DNA of 64,000 bases, taken from NCBI RefSeq assembly GCF_963921235.1, contig NC_086108.1:101682001-101746000 (forward strand), given 5' to 3'. This DNA comes from Mobula hypostoma. Its lineage: Eukaryota. The position numbers were made by a program, and so were the translations under genes. How positions within the stretch are numbered: the first letter of the stretch is position 1; the number at the start of each line of letters is the position of its first letter. The notes beneath the pieces were generated by a model. It was given only the letters and a program-made list of their open reading frames with translations. It was not told where the DNA came from and searched no databases. Shown here in pieces: positions 53,315 through 64,000 of this stretch.

Positions 53315-54179
53315 CCGGAGAGGGGCTAGATGGTAGATGGAAGATGGGGTCTGAGACCCACAGGGAATCCACTGAATGGGCAAATTAAAGGAAAACAGGG
53401 ACTTCGAAGACTCAGGTAAATTCTGGCCAGGAGGGGTTTAGGGAATTGTATTGTGAATGAAAATTAACTAACTTTGATTACAGGTTAATCTAAAACTAAC
53501 AGGTAAGAATGAAAACAAATGCGTCAAAGCCACCGCGCTGTACAGAAGAGAAGGAGCACAACCCCGGGGCCTGCTGATCCGCCGACAACGGCTATGATGA
53601 ATAAACATACAGCGAAAAGGATAAAAATTATAAGAGGGCTAAGCAACTTCTGGGTGAACCCCCAGAGCCTTCGGGCTCCCCAGCGGACAAGGTATGGCTG
53701 GAAATTGGAGATGGCTGGTATGTGGTTGCTTTTCTACTGATTTACACAGATGGAGCTAGGGAGACTGGCCATTGAAGGCTCTTTTGTTTTAAAAGAAAAT
53801 TTGTTACTGGAAAGGCGAGACCAAAGGAGGGGACAGGGACCCGAATTGGGATTTGGAATTCATGATGTGATGTTTTAATACATGAGAAGATGTGGCCAAA
53901 AGGCACCAGCTACCTAAACCTCAACCTAGGATGGAGGAGGAAAGATACAAAAAACAATGGAAGCAGACCCACCTCCCCGCCCCGATCCTTCTCCGTCTGC
54001 AGGATTCTATCCTAAAGTCCTAGATGACGGGCTGCCGGAAAACCTTAATATGGAAATAATAATGTAATGTTTGCCTCAGCCGCCGCATCACAACTTGCCC
54101 AGCAGTTGCAACAAGTACAATTGTCACAGTCCCATTCCAGGAACCTGCTTCCCTCATATGAACAACCTTTTCCATCATT

Positions 54180-54462
54180 ACATAGCTCTTATCTTGCTAA
54201 GCAGCCTCATGTGCGACTCCTTGTCAAAGGCCTTCTGAAAATCCAAGTACACCACACCTACTACATCTCCTTTGTCTACTCTACTTGTAATTTCCTCAAA
54301 AAATTGCAGTAGATTAGTCAGGCAGGATTTTCCTTTCAGGAAAATCACACTCACACTTGGGAGTCCTTGTGCAGGATAGCCTAAAGGTGAACCTCCAGGT
54401 TGAATTGGTGGTGAAGAAGGCGAACACAATGCTGGTATTCATTTCTAGAGGTATAGAATATA
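54180..54462 (+). mobile_element. 5' part of an older CR1 (with inverted 5' segment 54180-54345); continues at 58632
   Basis: 54180-54345 reads CR1 RT on minus ('YLDFQKAFDK'); 54355-54462 reads on plus to '...ISRGIEY', resuming as 'KSRDVMLRL' at about 58636. Confidence 0.75.
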
Positions 54463-55025
54463 GAAACATAGAAACATAGAAAATAGGTGCAGGAGTAGGC
54501 CATTTGGCCCTTCAAGCCTGCACCGTCATTTATTATGATCATGGCTGATCATCCAACTCAGAACCTCGCCCAAGCTTTCCCTTCTTTTTCATTTTCAATC
54601 AGCTTCAATCTAATTTGAAATGATTCACTTCACCAGATTTTCAAAAGATCAAAGAAAATTATCAAAGTACATATGTATCACCATGTACAATCCTGAGATG
54701 TATATTCTTGTGGACATACTCAATAAATCTATAGAATAGTAGCTATAACAGGATCAATGAATTATGTACTAACTAGTGCTTTCAACCAGAGTGCAAAAGA
54801 CAACCAGCTGTGCAAATGCACAAGGAAAAAAACAATTATTTTAAATAAATCCTGGAATCATTTTCATGAATCTCCTTTGTACCATCTCCAGTTTCAGCAC
54901 ATCCTTTCTAACATAAGGGGCCCAAAATTGCTCAGGAGAAGCCTCACTGGTGCTCTATAAAGTCTCAACATTACATCCTTGCTTTTATATTCTAGTCTTC
55001 TTGAAATGAATGCAAACATTGCATT

Positions 55026-58000
55026 TAGAAACATTGAAACATAGAAAATAGGTGCAGGAGTAGGCCATTCGGCCCTTCGAGCCTGCACCGCCATTTATTA
55101 TGATCATGGCTGATCATCCAACTCAGAACCCCGCCCCAGCCGTCCCTCCATACCCCCTGACCCCCGTAGCCACAAGGGCCATATCTAACTCCCTCTTAAA
55201 TATAGCCAATGAACTGGCCTCAACAGTTTCCTGTGGCAGAGAATTCCACAGACTCACCACTCTCTGTGTGAAGAAGTTTTTCCTAGTTTTTCCTAAAAGG
55301 CTTCCCCTCTATCCTCAAACTGTGACCCCTCGTTCTGGACTTCCCCAACATCGGGAACAATCTTCCTGCATCTAGCCTGTCCAATCCCTTTAGGATCTTA
55401 TACGTTTCAATCAGATCCCCCCTCACTCTTCTAAATTCCAACGAGTACAAGCCCAATTCATCCAGTCTTTCTTCATATGAAAGTCCTGCCATCCCAGGGA
55501 TCAATCTGGTGAACCTTCTTTGTACTCCCACTATGGCAAGGATGTCTTTCCTCAGATTAGGGGACCAAAACTGCACACAATACTCCAGGTGTGGTCTCAC
55601 CAAGGCCTTGTACAACTGCAGTAGTACCTCCCTGCTCCTGTACTCGAATCCCCTGGCTATAAATGCCAGCATACCATTCGCCTTTTTCACCGCCTGCTGT
55701 ACCTGCATGCCCACTTTCAATGACTGGTGTATAATGACACCCAGGTCTCGTTGCACCTCCCCTTTTCCTAATCGGCCACCATTCAGATAATAATCTGTTT
55801 TCCTATTTTTGCCACCAAAGTGGATAACTTCACATTTATCCACATTAAATTGCATCTGCCATGAATTTGCCCTCTCACCCAACCTATCCAAGTCACTCTG
55901 CATCCTCTTAGCATCCTCTTCACAGCTAACACTGCCACCCAGCTTCGTGTCATCCGCAAACTTGGAGATGCTGCATTTAATTCCCTCATCCAAGTCATTA
56001 ATATATATTGTAAACAACTGGGGTCCCAGCACTGAGCCTTGCGGTACCCCACTAGTCACCGCCTGCCATTCTGAAAAGGTCCCGTTTATTCCCACTCTTT
56101 GCTTCCTGTCTGCTAACCAATTCTCCATCCGCATCAATACCTTACCCCCAATACCGTGTGCTTTAAGTTTGCACATAATCTCCTGTGTGGGACCTTGTCA
56201 AAAGCCTTTTGAAAATCCAAATATACCACATCCACTGGTTCTCCCCTATCCACTCTACTAGTTACATCCTCAAAAAATTCAATGAGATTCGTCAGACATG
56301 ATTTCCTTTCACAAATCCATGCTGACTTTGTCCGATGATTTCACCGCTTTCCAAATGTGCTGTTATCACATCTTTGATAACTGACTCCAGCAGTTTCCCC
56401 ACCACCGACGTTAGGCTAACCGGTCTATAATTCCCCGGTTTCTCTCTCCCTCCTTTTTTAAAAAGTGGGGTTACATTAGCCACCCTCCAATCCTAAGGAA
56501 CTAGTCCAGAATCTAACGAGTTTTGAAAAATTATCACTAATGCATCCACTATTTCTTGGGCTACTTCCTTAAGCACTCTAGGATGCAGAGCATCTGGCCC
56601 TGGGGATTTATCTGCCTTCAATCCCTTCAATTTACCTAACACCACTTCCCTACTAACAAGTTTTTCACTCAGTTCCTCCATCTCACTGGACCCTCTGTCC
56701 CCTACTATTTCTGGAAGATTATTTATGTCCTACTTAGTGAAGACAGAACCAAAGTAATTATTCAATTCGTCTGCCATGTCCTTGCTCCCCATAATCAATT
56801 CACCTGTTTCTGTCTGTAGGGGACCTACATTTGTCTTTACCAGTCTTTTCCTTTTTACATATCTATAAAAGCTTTTACAGTCCGTTTTTATGTTCCCTGC
56901 CAGCTTTCTCTCATAATCTTTTCTCCCCTTCCTAATTAAGCCCTTTGTCCTCCTCTGCTGGACTCTGAATTTCTCCCAGTCCTCAGGTGAGCCACTTTCT
57001 CTGGCTAATTTGTATGCTTCTTCTTTGGAATTGATACTATCCCTAATTTCTCTTGTCAGCCACGGGTGCACTACCTTCCTTGATTTATTCTTTTGCCAAA
57101 CTGGGATGAACAATTGTTGTAATTCATCCATGCAACCTTTAAATGCTCACCATTGCATATCCACCGTCAATCCTTGAAGTGTCATTTGCCAGTCTATCTT
57201 AGCTAATTCACGTCTCATACCTTCAAAGTTACCCCTCTTTAAGTTCAGAACCTTTGTTTCTGAATTAACTATGTCACTCTCCATCTTAATGAAGAATTCC
57301 ACCATATTATGGTCACTCTTACCCAAGGGGCCTCTCACGACAAGAGTGCTAATTAACCCTTCCTCATTGCTCAAAACCCAGTCCAGAATAGCCTGCTCTC
57401 TAGTTGGTTCCTCGACATGTTGGTTCAAAAAACCATCCCGCATACATTCCAAGAAATCCTCTTCCTCAGCACCTTTACCAATTTGGTTCACCCAATCTAC
57501 ATGTAGATTGAAGTCACCCATTATAACTGCTGTTCCTTTGTTACACACATTTCTAATTTCCTGTTTAATACCATCTCCGATCTCACTACTACTGTTAGGT
57601 GGCCTGTACACAACTCCCACCAGCGTCTTCTGCCCCTTAGTGTTACGCAGCTCTACCCATATTGATTCCACATCTTCCCAGCTTATGTCCTTCCTTTCTA
57701 TTGCGTTAATCTCTTCTTTAACCAGCAACGCCACCCCACCTCCCCTTCCTTCATATCTATCCCTCCTGAATATTGAATATCCCTGAACCTTGAGCTCCCA
57801 TCCTTGGTCACCCTGGAGCCATGTCTCTGTGATCCCAACTATATCATAATCATTAATAACAATCTGCACTTTCAATTCATCCACCTTATTACAAATGCTC
57901 CTTGCATTGACACACAAAGCCTTCAGGCGCTCTTTTACAACTCCCTTAGCCCTTATACAATTATGTTGAAAAGTGGCCCTTTTTAATGCTTGCCCTGGAT

Positions 58001-58631
58001 TTGTCGGCCTGCCACTTTTACTCTTCTCCTAAGTACTTTTTGCTTCTACCCTCACTTTACACCCCCCTGTCTCTCTGCACTGGTTCCCATCCCCCTGTTG
58101 TGAACTAACCTCCTCATGCCTAGCCTCTTTAATTTGATTCCCAACCCCCAACCATTCTAGTTTAAAGTCACCTCAGTAGCCCTCGCTAATCTCCCTGCCA
58201 GGATATTGGTCCCCCTAGGATTCAAGTGTAACCTGTCCTTTTTGTACAGGTCACGCCTGCGCCAAAAGAGGTCCCAATGATCCAAAAACTTGAATCCCTG
58301 CCCCCTGCTCCAATCCCTCAGCCACACATTTATCCTCCACCTCATCGCATTCCTACTCTCACTGTCGCGTGGCACAGGCAGTAATCCCGAGATTACTACC
58401 TTTGCGGTCCTTTTTCTCAACTCCCTTCCTAGCTCCCTATATTCTTCTTTCAGGACCTCATCCCTTTTCCTACCTATGTCATTGGTACGTATATGTACCA
58501 CGACCTCTGGCTCCTCACCCTCCCACTTCAGGATATCCCGGACCCTGGCACCAGGGAGGCAGACTACCATCCGGGTCTCTGGACTGCGTCCACAGAATCG
58601 CCTATCTGACCCCCTTACTATCGAGTCCCCT
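55026..58631 (-). mobile_element. Young, nearly intact CR1 (ORF1 C-part, ORF2 APE-RT, few lesions)
   Basis: ORFs 58157-58570 (esterase), 57147-57917 (APE), 56730-57131, 56292-56681 and 55283-56176 (RT); (ttctatgt)n tail. Confidence 0.95.
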
Positions 58632-59250
58632 ATATAAAAGCAGGGATGTGATGTTGAGGCTCTAAAAGGCAGTCATGAGACCACTCTTGGAGTATTGTGT
58701 GCAGTTTTGGGCTCCTTATTTTAGAAGGGATATGCTGACGTTGGAGGGGGTTCAGAGAAGATTAACGAGAATGACTCCAGGAATGAAAGGGTTATCGTAT
58801 GAGGAATGTCTGGCAGGTCTTGGGCAGTATTCCCTGGAATTCAGGAGAAAGAGGAGGGATCTCATAGAAACATTCCGAATGTTAAAAGGACTGAACAGAT
58901 TAGATATGGCAAAGTTATTTCCTATGGTCAGGGAGTCAAGGACAAGAAGGTACAACTTCAGAATTGCAGAATGTCCCTGTAGAATAGAGATGCAGAGAAA
59001 TTACTGTCGTCAGAGGGTGGAAAATCTGTGGAATTTGATGCCACAAGCAGCTGAGGAGGCCAAGTCATTGGGTGCATTTAAGACAGATATAGATAGGTTC
59101 TTGATTAGCTAGGGCATCAAAGGGTATGGGGAGAACGCAGGGGATTGGGGATACTGGAAGAATTAGATCAGCCCATGATTGAATGATGGAGCAAACTCGA
59201 TGGGCCGATTTGCCTACTTCTGCTCCAGTAGCATATGGTCTTATGGTCTT
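58632..59250 (+). mobile_element. 3' part of the older CR1
   Basis: ORF 58675-59112 'RPLLEYCVQFWAP'; tcttatgg-type tail at about 59235-59250. Confidence 0.88.
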
Positions 59251-60885
59251 GTAGGAATACAAATGGAACAAAATGGACCTTTAGCATTGCAAACCTTTTA
59301 AAATTGTTTGCGACCTGAAGTAGCACACTCATTCAAAGTGATGATGGAAATAAGAAGAAAGGCGAGGCTAGGTCGGAGAACGTTACAGGATGTTCTTTAA
59401 GAGCCAAATATTTTTATTTATCCTTGAAGGTCGTGCCACCAAAACACAGCTATATCCTTCGCAAATAAATTACTTTCTGGAAGGAGACCACTCCGTACAT
59501 CATGTATCCCTGGGGACACAGCCCCTCCGAAGCCTATATATCTGGGTCCGATGGAGAAATGGATAAAAGAGCAAAGTCAGGGTACCCTTCCGGTGTAACC
59601 TATTTTGGTCCCGATACTGGAGTGATACTAAGAGACCCACTAGACACTCTCCCTTTTAGGGTCTCTCATATCCTTAGAGGGGAAACCCCACCCCCTTCTC
59701 TTGAGTATGACCTGCCACTTCGACTGCAAGAAGTGGACCCGTCTTTGCAAGCATTGCACAAGAATCATGTGGGTCGATTTGCCTTTGCAGCACCACACCA
59801 AGTCACACGTAAAAACTTGAGACTCTTCCATTAGCCAATACCGTTTATCTCCTAAGGCTGCCAACGGTATTAAACCTACTACCGAGCTCTTTTGCAGAAA
59901 GGAGTGCTACGCATGACGCAAAGCCCTTGCAGTACCCCCATACTGCCAATCCCAAAACCTAGGTGAAGCTATTAGAATAAATCACGGAAAAGTGACTGCA
60001 GCCCTACGAAAACCTGGGGAGGGAAATACATTTAAACCAAGTAATTATCTATATATGAAATCACTGGAAAAACTCTTTCTCTCTCTCCTCAGTGGAAGAG
60101 ACCCTATCAAGTGCTGCTAACTACCCATAAGGAAGGCAAGATACTACGCAAAGCTGATGGTTGCATGGAACCCAGGATAAGCTGTATTATCTCTCTCTTC
60201 TGGAGTCTGATAGTGTACTGGAAAAGACATAAAACTAAAAAAAGGGAAATGAAGTGGCTAAACATATGTGGACTTATTTGCCTTATTGCTTTAGCATCTA
60301 GATTTGGCTGTGTTTATAATACACATTTAGAGTTAGCTTCAGCGTGTGCTACCCAACACAAGACAGGCCTGCAATTCAGAGTATGATGAGGAAGCCTGTC
60401 TGACCATGCCCCTCCCTCCTCTTCATATGAACCCCCTTTTTTCAAGGAGGAGAATTGATCAGAATTATCAAAAAAGGAGGGGACTGTGGAGCATTTTAGC
60501 CAGCTGGGTTGGGCAAATATCTCTGTGAGACTATAGAATGCGTGCCTGGATCAGCAGAGATAGGTCCTTTAGCCTACTGCCGTAAACAGCGTAAACAAGA
60601 GGGAGACAGTGAAATTCATATATTTTAGGGAGTGCCCTGTGGGCTGTCAAGTAAATTAATCTGTGTATAGTTTTTCTTCACCTGTCTGGTACTAATATAT
60701 AAAACAAATTATACCTTGTACTTTAATGACTTACTGGATCTAAGGATTTTATGAACCCTCTTATAACATTTATAAAGATTAGCCATTTGGCCTGGGTTCT
60801 CAACAGGCATGCAATAATCTACAGTATCTTAGTTTCAAAGATGTATAACAACCTATCTGTATGTATTATGGGCAATGAGGAAAAG

Positions 60886-62114
60886 AGACTGTACGTCCAC
60901 AATACGCCGGATACTTTTGAAAACGAAGCTTTTTCACTTCGTTTTGCCCCCCCCCCCCCGTCCACACTGAGCCGGCGTTTTCAGCCCCCGAAAACGGAGA
61001 TTTTCGAAAACACTCTCCAGAGTGAATAAATCTGAAAACGCTTAATATCCGGCGTAGTGTGTACGGGGTAACCGGAGAGATTTTAAAACGCTGTCATGAC
61101 AACACCACAACAACAATGCTTTTTCTGCTTCTGCTTGGTACTGCGCAAGCTGTTATAACGCGCAGTTGGTGTGAACTGCGTGAGAGTTAAATTGTGAAGT
61201 GAGTTTTTTTGACTATTTAAAAATGCTGTCATGACGTGCTGGAACAGATGTTCGTTGTTTTCTTGAACGCCACCACCTAACAATTTCAGAACAGACGGAC
61301 GAGACTGAAGCCACTTGACCCATAGCTTACTGAATAAATAAGTATACTCACTTCGCCCTGTTTTCTGTCCTTGCTTGTATGAAGGTGGTTTACCTATTTA
61401 TACAAGTACTTCTCTGACAATAGCTGTGTAACAGCCTAATGTAACATTGTATGGAAATACAAGATAACACTGATGCAGACGTTTTATACACTTAACAAGG
61501 TGCTTTGTTAATGTAACAGAGTTAGTTTTTCAATGTTCGTCGTCAGCTAGGTCATACTGTCCGTGAACTCCCTGTCGGTTGCCTCCATACGCTCCAGTAT
61601 TTGTTTTTTTTTAAGTTTTAAGTCCTCCTGTGCGAGAGCCAAGAGTAATTCCTTTAAAGTTCTTCTACTCTGTAACTGGACAAAGGCGCACAAAGTATAC
61701 CGTTTCCTCTTTGCTTGTTTTCTGTGTGTCCTGCGCATGCCCAGTAGGAGGAGATTCGCCCAAATATCCGCCTAATGTGGACGGAGATATTTTGAAGCAA
61801 CACACATCAAAGTTGCTGGTGAACGCAGCAGGCCAGGCAGCATCTATAGGAAGAGGCGCAGTTGACGTTTCAGGCCGAGACCCTTCGACCTGACGAAGGG
61901 TCTCGGCCTGAAACGTCGACTGCGCCTCTTCCTATAGATGCTGCCTGGCCTGCTGCGTTCACCAGCAACTTTGATGTGTGTTGCTTGAATTTCCAGCATC
62001 TGCAGAATTCCTGTTGTTTGGGAGATATTTTGAAAAACGCTTAGTGTGGACCCCTGTCGTTTTTACTCGAAACCGGCGTTTTCAAAATTATCCGGCGTAG
62101 TGTGGACGTAGCCT
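60886..62114. mobile_element. Non-autonomous TIR DNA transposon, probably PIF/Harbinger-like
   Basis: Terminal inverted repeats tacgtccacaatacgccggatacttttgaaaacg and cgttttcaaaattatccggcgtagtgtggacgta(gcc); subterminal copies of the motif; coiled-coil remnant 'LALAQEDLKLKKQILERMEATDREF' on minus. Confidence 0.72.
61795..62020 (+). mobile_element. Fold-back Penelope-like pseudo-LTR insertion with hammerhead ribozyme core
   Basis: 93-bp inverted arms 61795-61887 and 61894-61986 (1 mismatch, 6-nt loop); CTGACGA-helix II-GAAAC-GTC at 61890-61917; 14-bp direct repeat ggagatattttgaa at 61783-61796 and 62021-62034. Confidence 0.85.
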
Positions 62115-62850
62115 GTATCTGGCATTTTTGTGGGAATTGATAAGAAGCACAGAATTGACTTTTTTAACTTTGACTGATGTAATTGACTTTCTGTGCGCAT
62201 GCATAAAAAAAGGCTGTGACTATTGTTCTTCAGAAGACTTGACAATCACACCGTTAGCGAGTCATTCTTCCTTTATTCATGAATATTCTTTAGTCACTTT
62301 GAAGTCCACGTCCAATTTATTAGTGACCAACTTTAACTGAAATTCCTAAGCAAATTAATTTCCCTAACAATAACACATCGGAATTTAACCTTGCTGTTTC
62401 TCTATGATCTCCTGATGAGGACCTGATCATGGATGTCCAGCCTACTCCTCCTTAAGTCAATAATCAGCTCTTTGCTACCTGACATTGCGTGAGAGGTTGT
62501 AGTAACATCACTCAGCCAAATTTTAATTTCCTTCCTATATGCTTTGATTGGGTGAACAATAGTGGTGTCATCAGCAAACTTCATTGTGGCACTGGAGTTG
62601 GAATAAGCCTCAGCTCGTAAGTGTAAAGTGAGTAAAGTGAGTGTAATGTAGTAAAATAACTGTACTCAATATTCCTATTTGATCTGTAAAATTGGATGGT
62701 AGTAAACAGACAGCACTCAATCAATAAAACCTAAATCAGCAAGTTCAACTAATGGACATTGACTGTAATGTTAACAGAATGTAAAACTAGAAAACACAGG
62801 GGAAAGCAGACAGATCCGTCAGCATCTGCGGAGAGTACATAGGAGAATAC

Positions 62851-63072
62851 CTGGGCTGTGCCTTCAATTTCGAGCCGTGCAGTGTGTATGTTCTCTTCTA
62901 TGACAAAGTCATTGTTGCTGTATACCTTTCCATTGGGGTCACGTACAAATACTTGTGGTGTGGACACCTCCCAAGTGAACACAAAATGTGTGTCACTTCC
63001 AACAGTTTTATCGACAAAAATTGAACCATTAAACCAACTGTTTTCATCAACACTCTTTCCTGTACTTTCGAG
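62851..63072 (-). CDS. CLCA: CLCA paralog B internal exon (222 nt, phase 0-0); more 5' exons lie beyond the window
   Basis: catttctag|CTC...CAG|gtattc; LESTGKSVDENSWFNGSIFVDKTVGSDTHFVFTW...VRDPNGK...ARLEIEGTAQ, matching the CLCA 'LES.G......W.NGTV.VDSTVG.DT.F..TW' motif. Confidence 0.95.
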
Positions 63073-63619
63073 CTAGAAATGAGGAAATAAACATATATTA
63101 TTACAAAGCACTTGGTAACACAAGAATAATTGGAAATTAATTCTCTAAAGTAATCGAACCTCAATTGACTGTTGGTTAATGTCACCATCTCCTGATACTA
63201 ATCCACTGAATGCATCAATTAGTCCATTTGTGTCCACGTTGTCAGTGGCTGCAAACTGTAGACCTCCTAATTAATGGAAGAGGAAAAAAAAATAATCCAG
63301 ATATTGTCCCTAAATGGTTTTGCCCTCACTCTATTTGTCCTCATGTTCATCTCATACTTATGGAACACTTTCAGTTTTCCTTAATTCTACTTGGCAAATC
63401 CTTCTCATGTCCCCTTGGTCCATTCTTAAGCTCTTTCCTAGCTACCTTGTAACTGTAGCACTCTGCCTGACCCTTGCCTCCTAAACCTTAAGTAAGTTTC
63501 TTTCTTGATTAGATATTCCACATCTTTTGTTAACCATGGTTTCTTCAATTTACTACCTTTTCCCTACCTCAATGGGTCAAACATATCCATGCCGCCATGC
63601 AAGTGCTCTTGCCACTACC

Positions 63620-63822
63620 TGTCACGAGTGCGTACATTCCTCCATGTGTCAGTGTGGGTTTCCTCTAAATGCTCTGATTTCCTCCCACAGTCCAAAGATG
63701 CAGCAGTTCGTAAGTCAGTTATTCACTGTAAATTATCCTGTGATTAGGCTAGGATTAAATCAGGGGATTGGTTTGTAGCATGGCTCAAAGGGACATTTCT
63801 GCACTGTATCCCAATAAATAAA
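63620..63822 (+). mobile_element. V-SINE fragment
   Basis: 'gtgtgggtttcctctaaatgctctgatttcctcccacagtccaaagatg' V-domain; aataaat tail. Confidence 0.7.
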
Positions 63823-64000
63823 TAAACAGCCTCCAGATTTCTGTTGTGCATTTCCCTGAGTACATCAATTCCCATTTTATGCTCCCAAGTTCCTGCCTAA
63901 TAGAATCAAAATTTCTCCTACCTCAAGTCAGTATATTCCTATTCTGTTTGCTCCTATCCTGTTCAAGGTTATGGTAAGGACAGGGAGTTGTGGTCACTAT

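Larger units (their letters stand above)
47424..62369 (+). mobile_element. Class I (gamma/epsilon-like) endogenous retrovirus, internally deleted and heavily nested
   Basis: Shared LTR end '...aaattaatttccctaaCA' at 47581 and 62369. PBS at 47585. Gag-like region 53330-54170. RT N-terminus 'QYRLSPKAANGIKP' followed, after a frameshift, by 'LLQKGVL..TQSPCSTPILPIPKP' (~59835-59960). Integrase C-terminus 'PQWKRPYQVLLTT' (~60090-60125). Signal-peptide-like 'MKWLNICGLICLIAL'. Purine tract just before TG at 60610. Confidence 0.82.
60610..62369 (+). repeat. ERV 3' LTR (about 0.5 kb net), interrupted by a DNA transposon
   Basis: Starts TG after the purine tract aagagggagacag; ends ccctaaCA, matching the 5' LTR end. 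Confidence 0.72.

Noticed and set aside
57271..57786. Long antisense ORFs over CR1 and Gypsy (also 12869-13150, 55509-56261, 1318-1743, 2289-2792)
   Set aside because: Shadow frames of TE coding sequence that recur wherever the same TE occurs.
55283..58570. Active autonomous CR1 or a domesticated RT gene
   Set aside because: 5' truncated, and ORF2 is split by several stops and frameshifts.

Overview
This is eukaryotic, repeat-dense DNA. The repeat set (CR1/HER1-like LINEs with short tandem tails, HE1-like V-SINEs, Penelope-like elements) suggests a cartilaginous fish (shark or ray); that assignment is an inference. The only host genes I can support are two convergent (tail-to-tail) CLCA (calcium-activated chloride channel regulator) paralogs. 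The minus-strand copy shows five intact, in-phase GT-AG exons (63072 to 29730) ending in a transmembrane helix. The plus-strand copy shows only its last exon (6476-6756), which has a CAG>TAG stop just before the transmembrane helix. Both lie in an old, TE-invaded inverted duplication (arms about 3.8-16.4 kb and 25.4-33.7 kb) containing short, perfectly identical tracts that suggest gene conversion. The rest is mobile DNA: a Gypsy element, many CR1 copies, L1, RTE, a Hero-like RLE LINE, a Tc1 remnant, Penelope-like elements and a solo LTR. A 21.6 kb CLCA intron holds a class I (gamma/epsilon-like) endogenous retrovirus with a tRNA-Ser PBS. Nested in it are a full-length L1, CR1 copies, a Harbinger-like element and a 93-bp-arm fold-back carrying a hammerhead ribozyme core. 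I found no evidence of a wholly new system. TE boundaries are approximate unless a TSD or terminus is cited, and all family calls come from motif recognition, not database searches.
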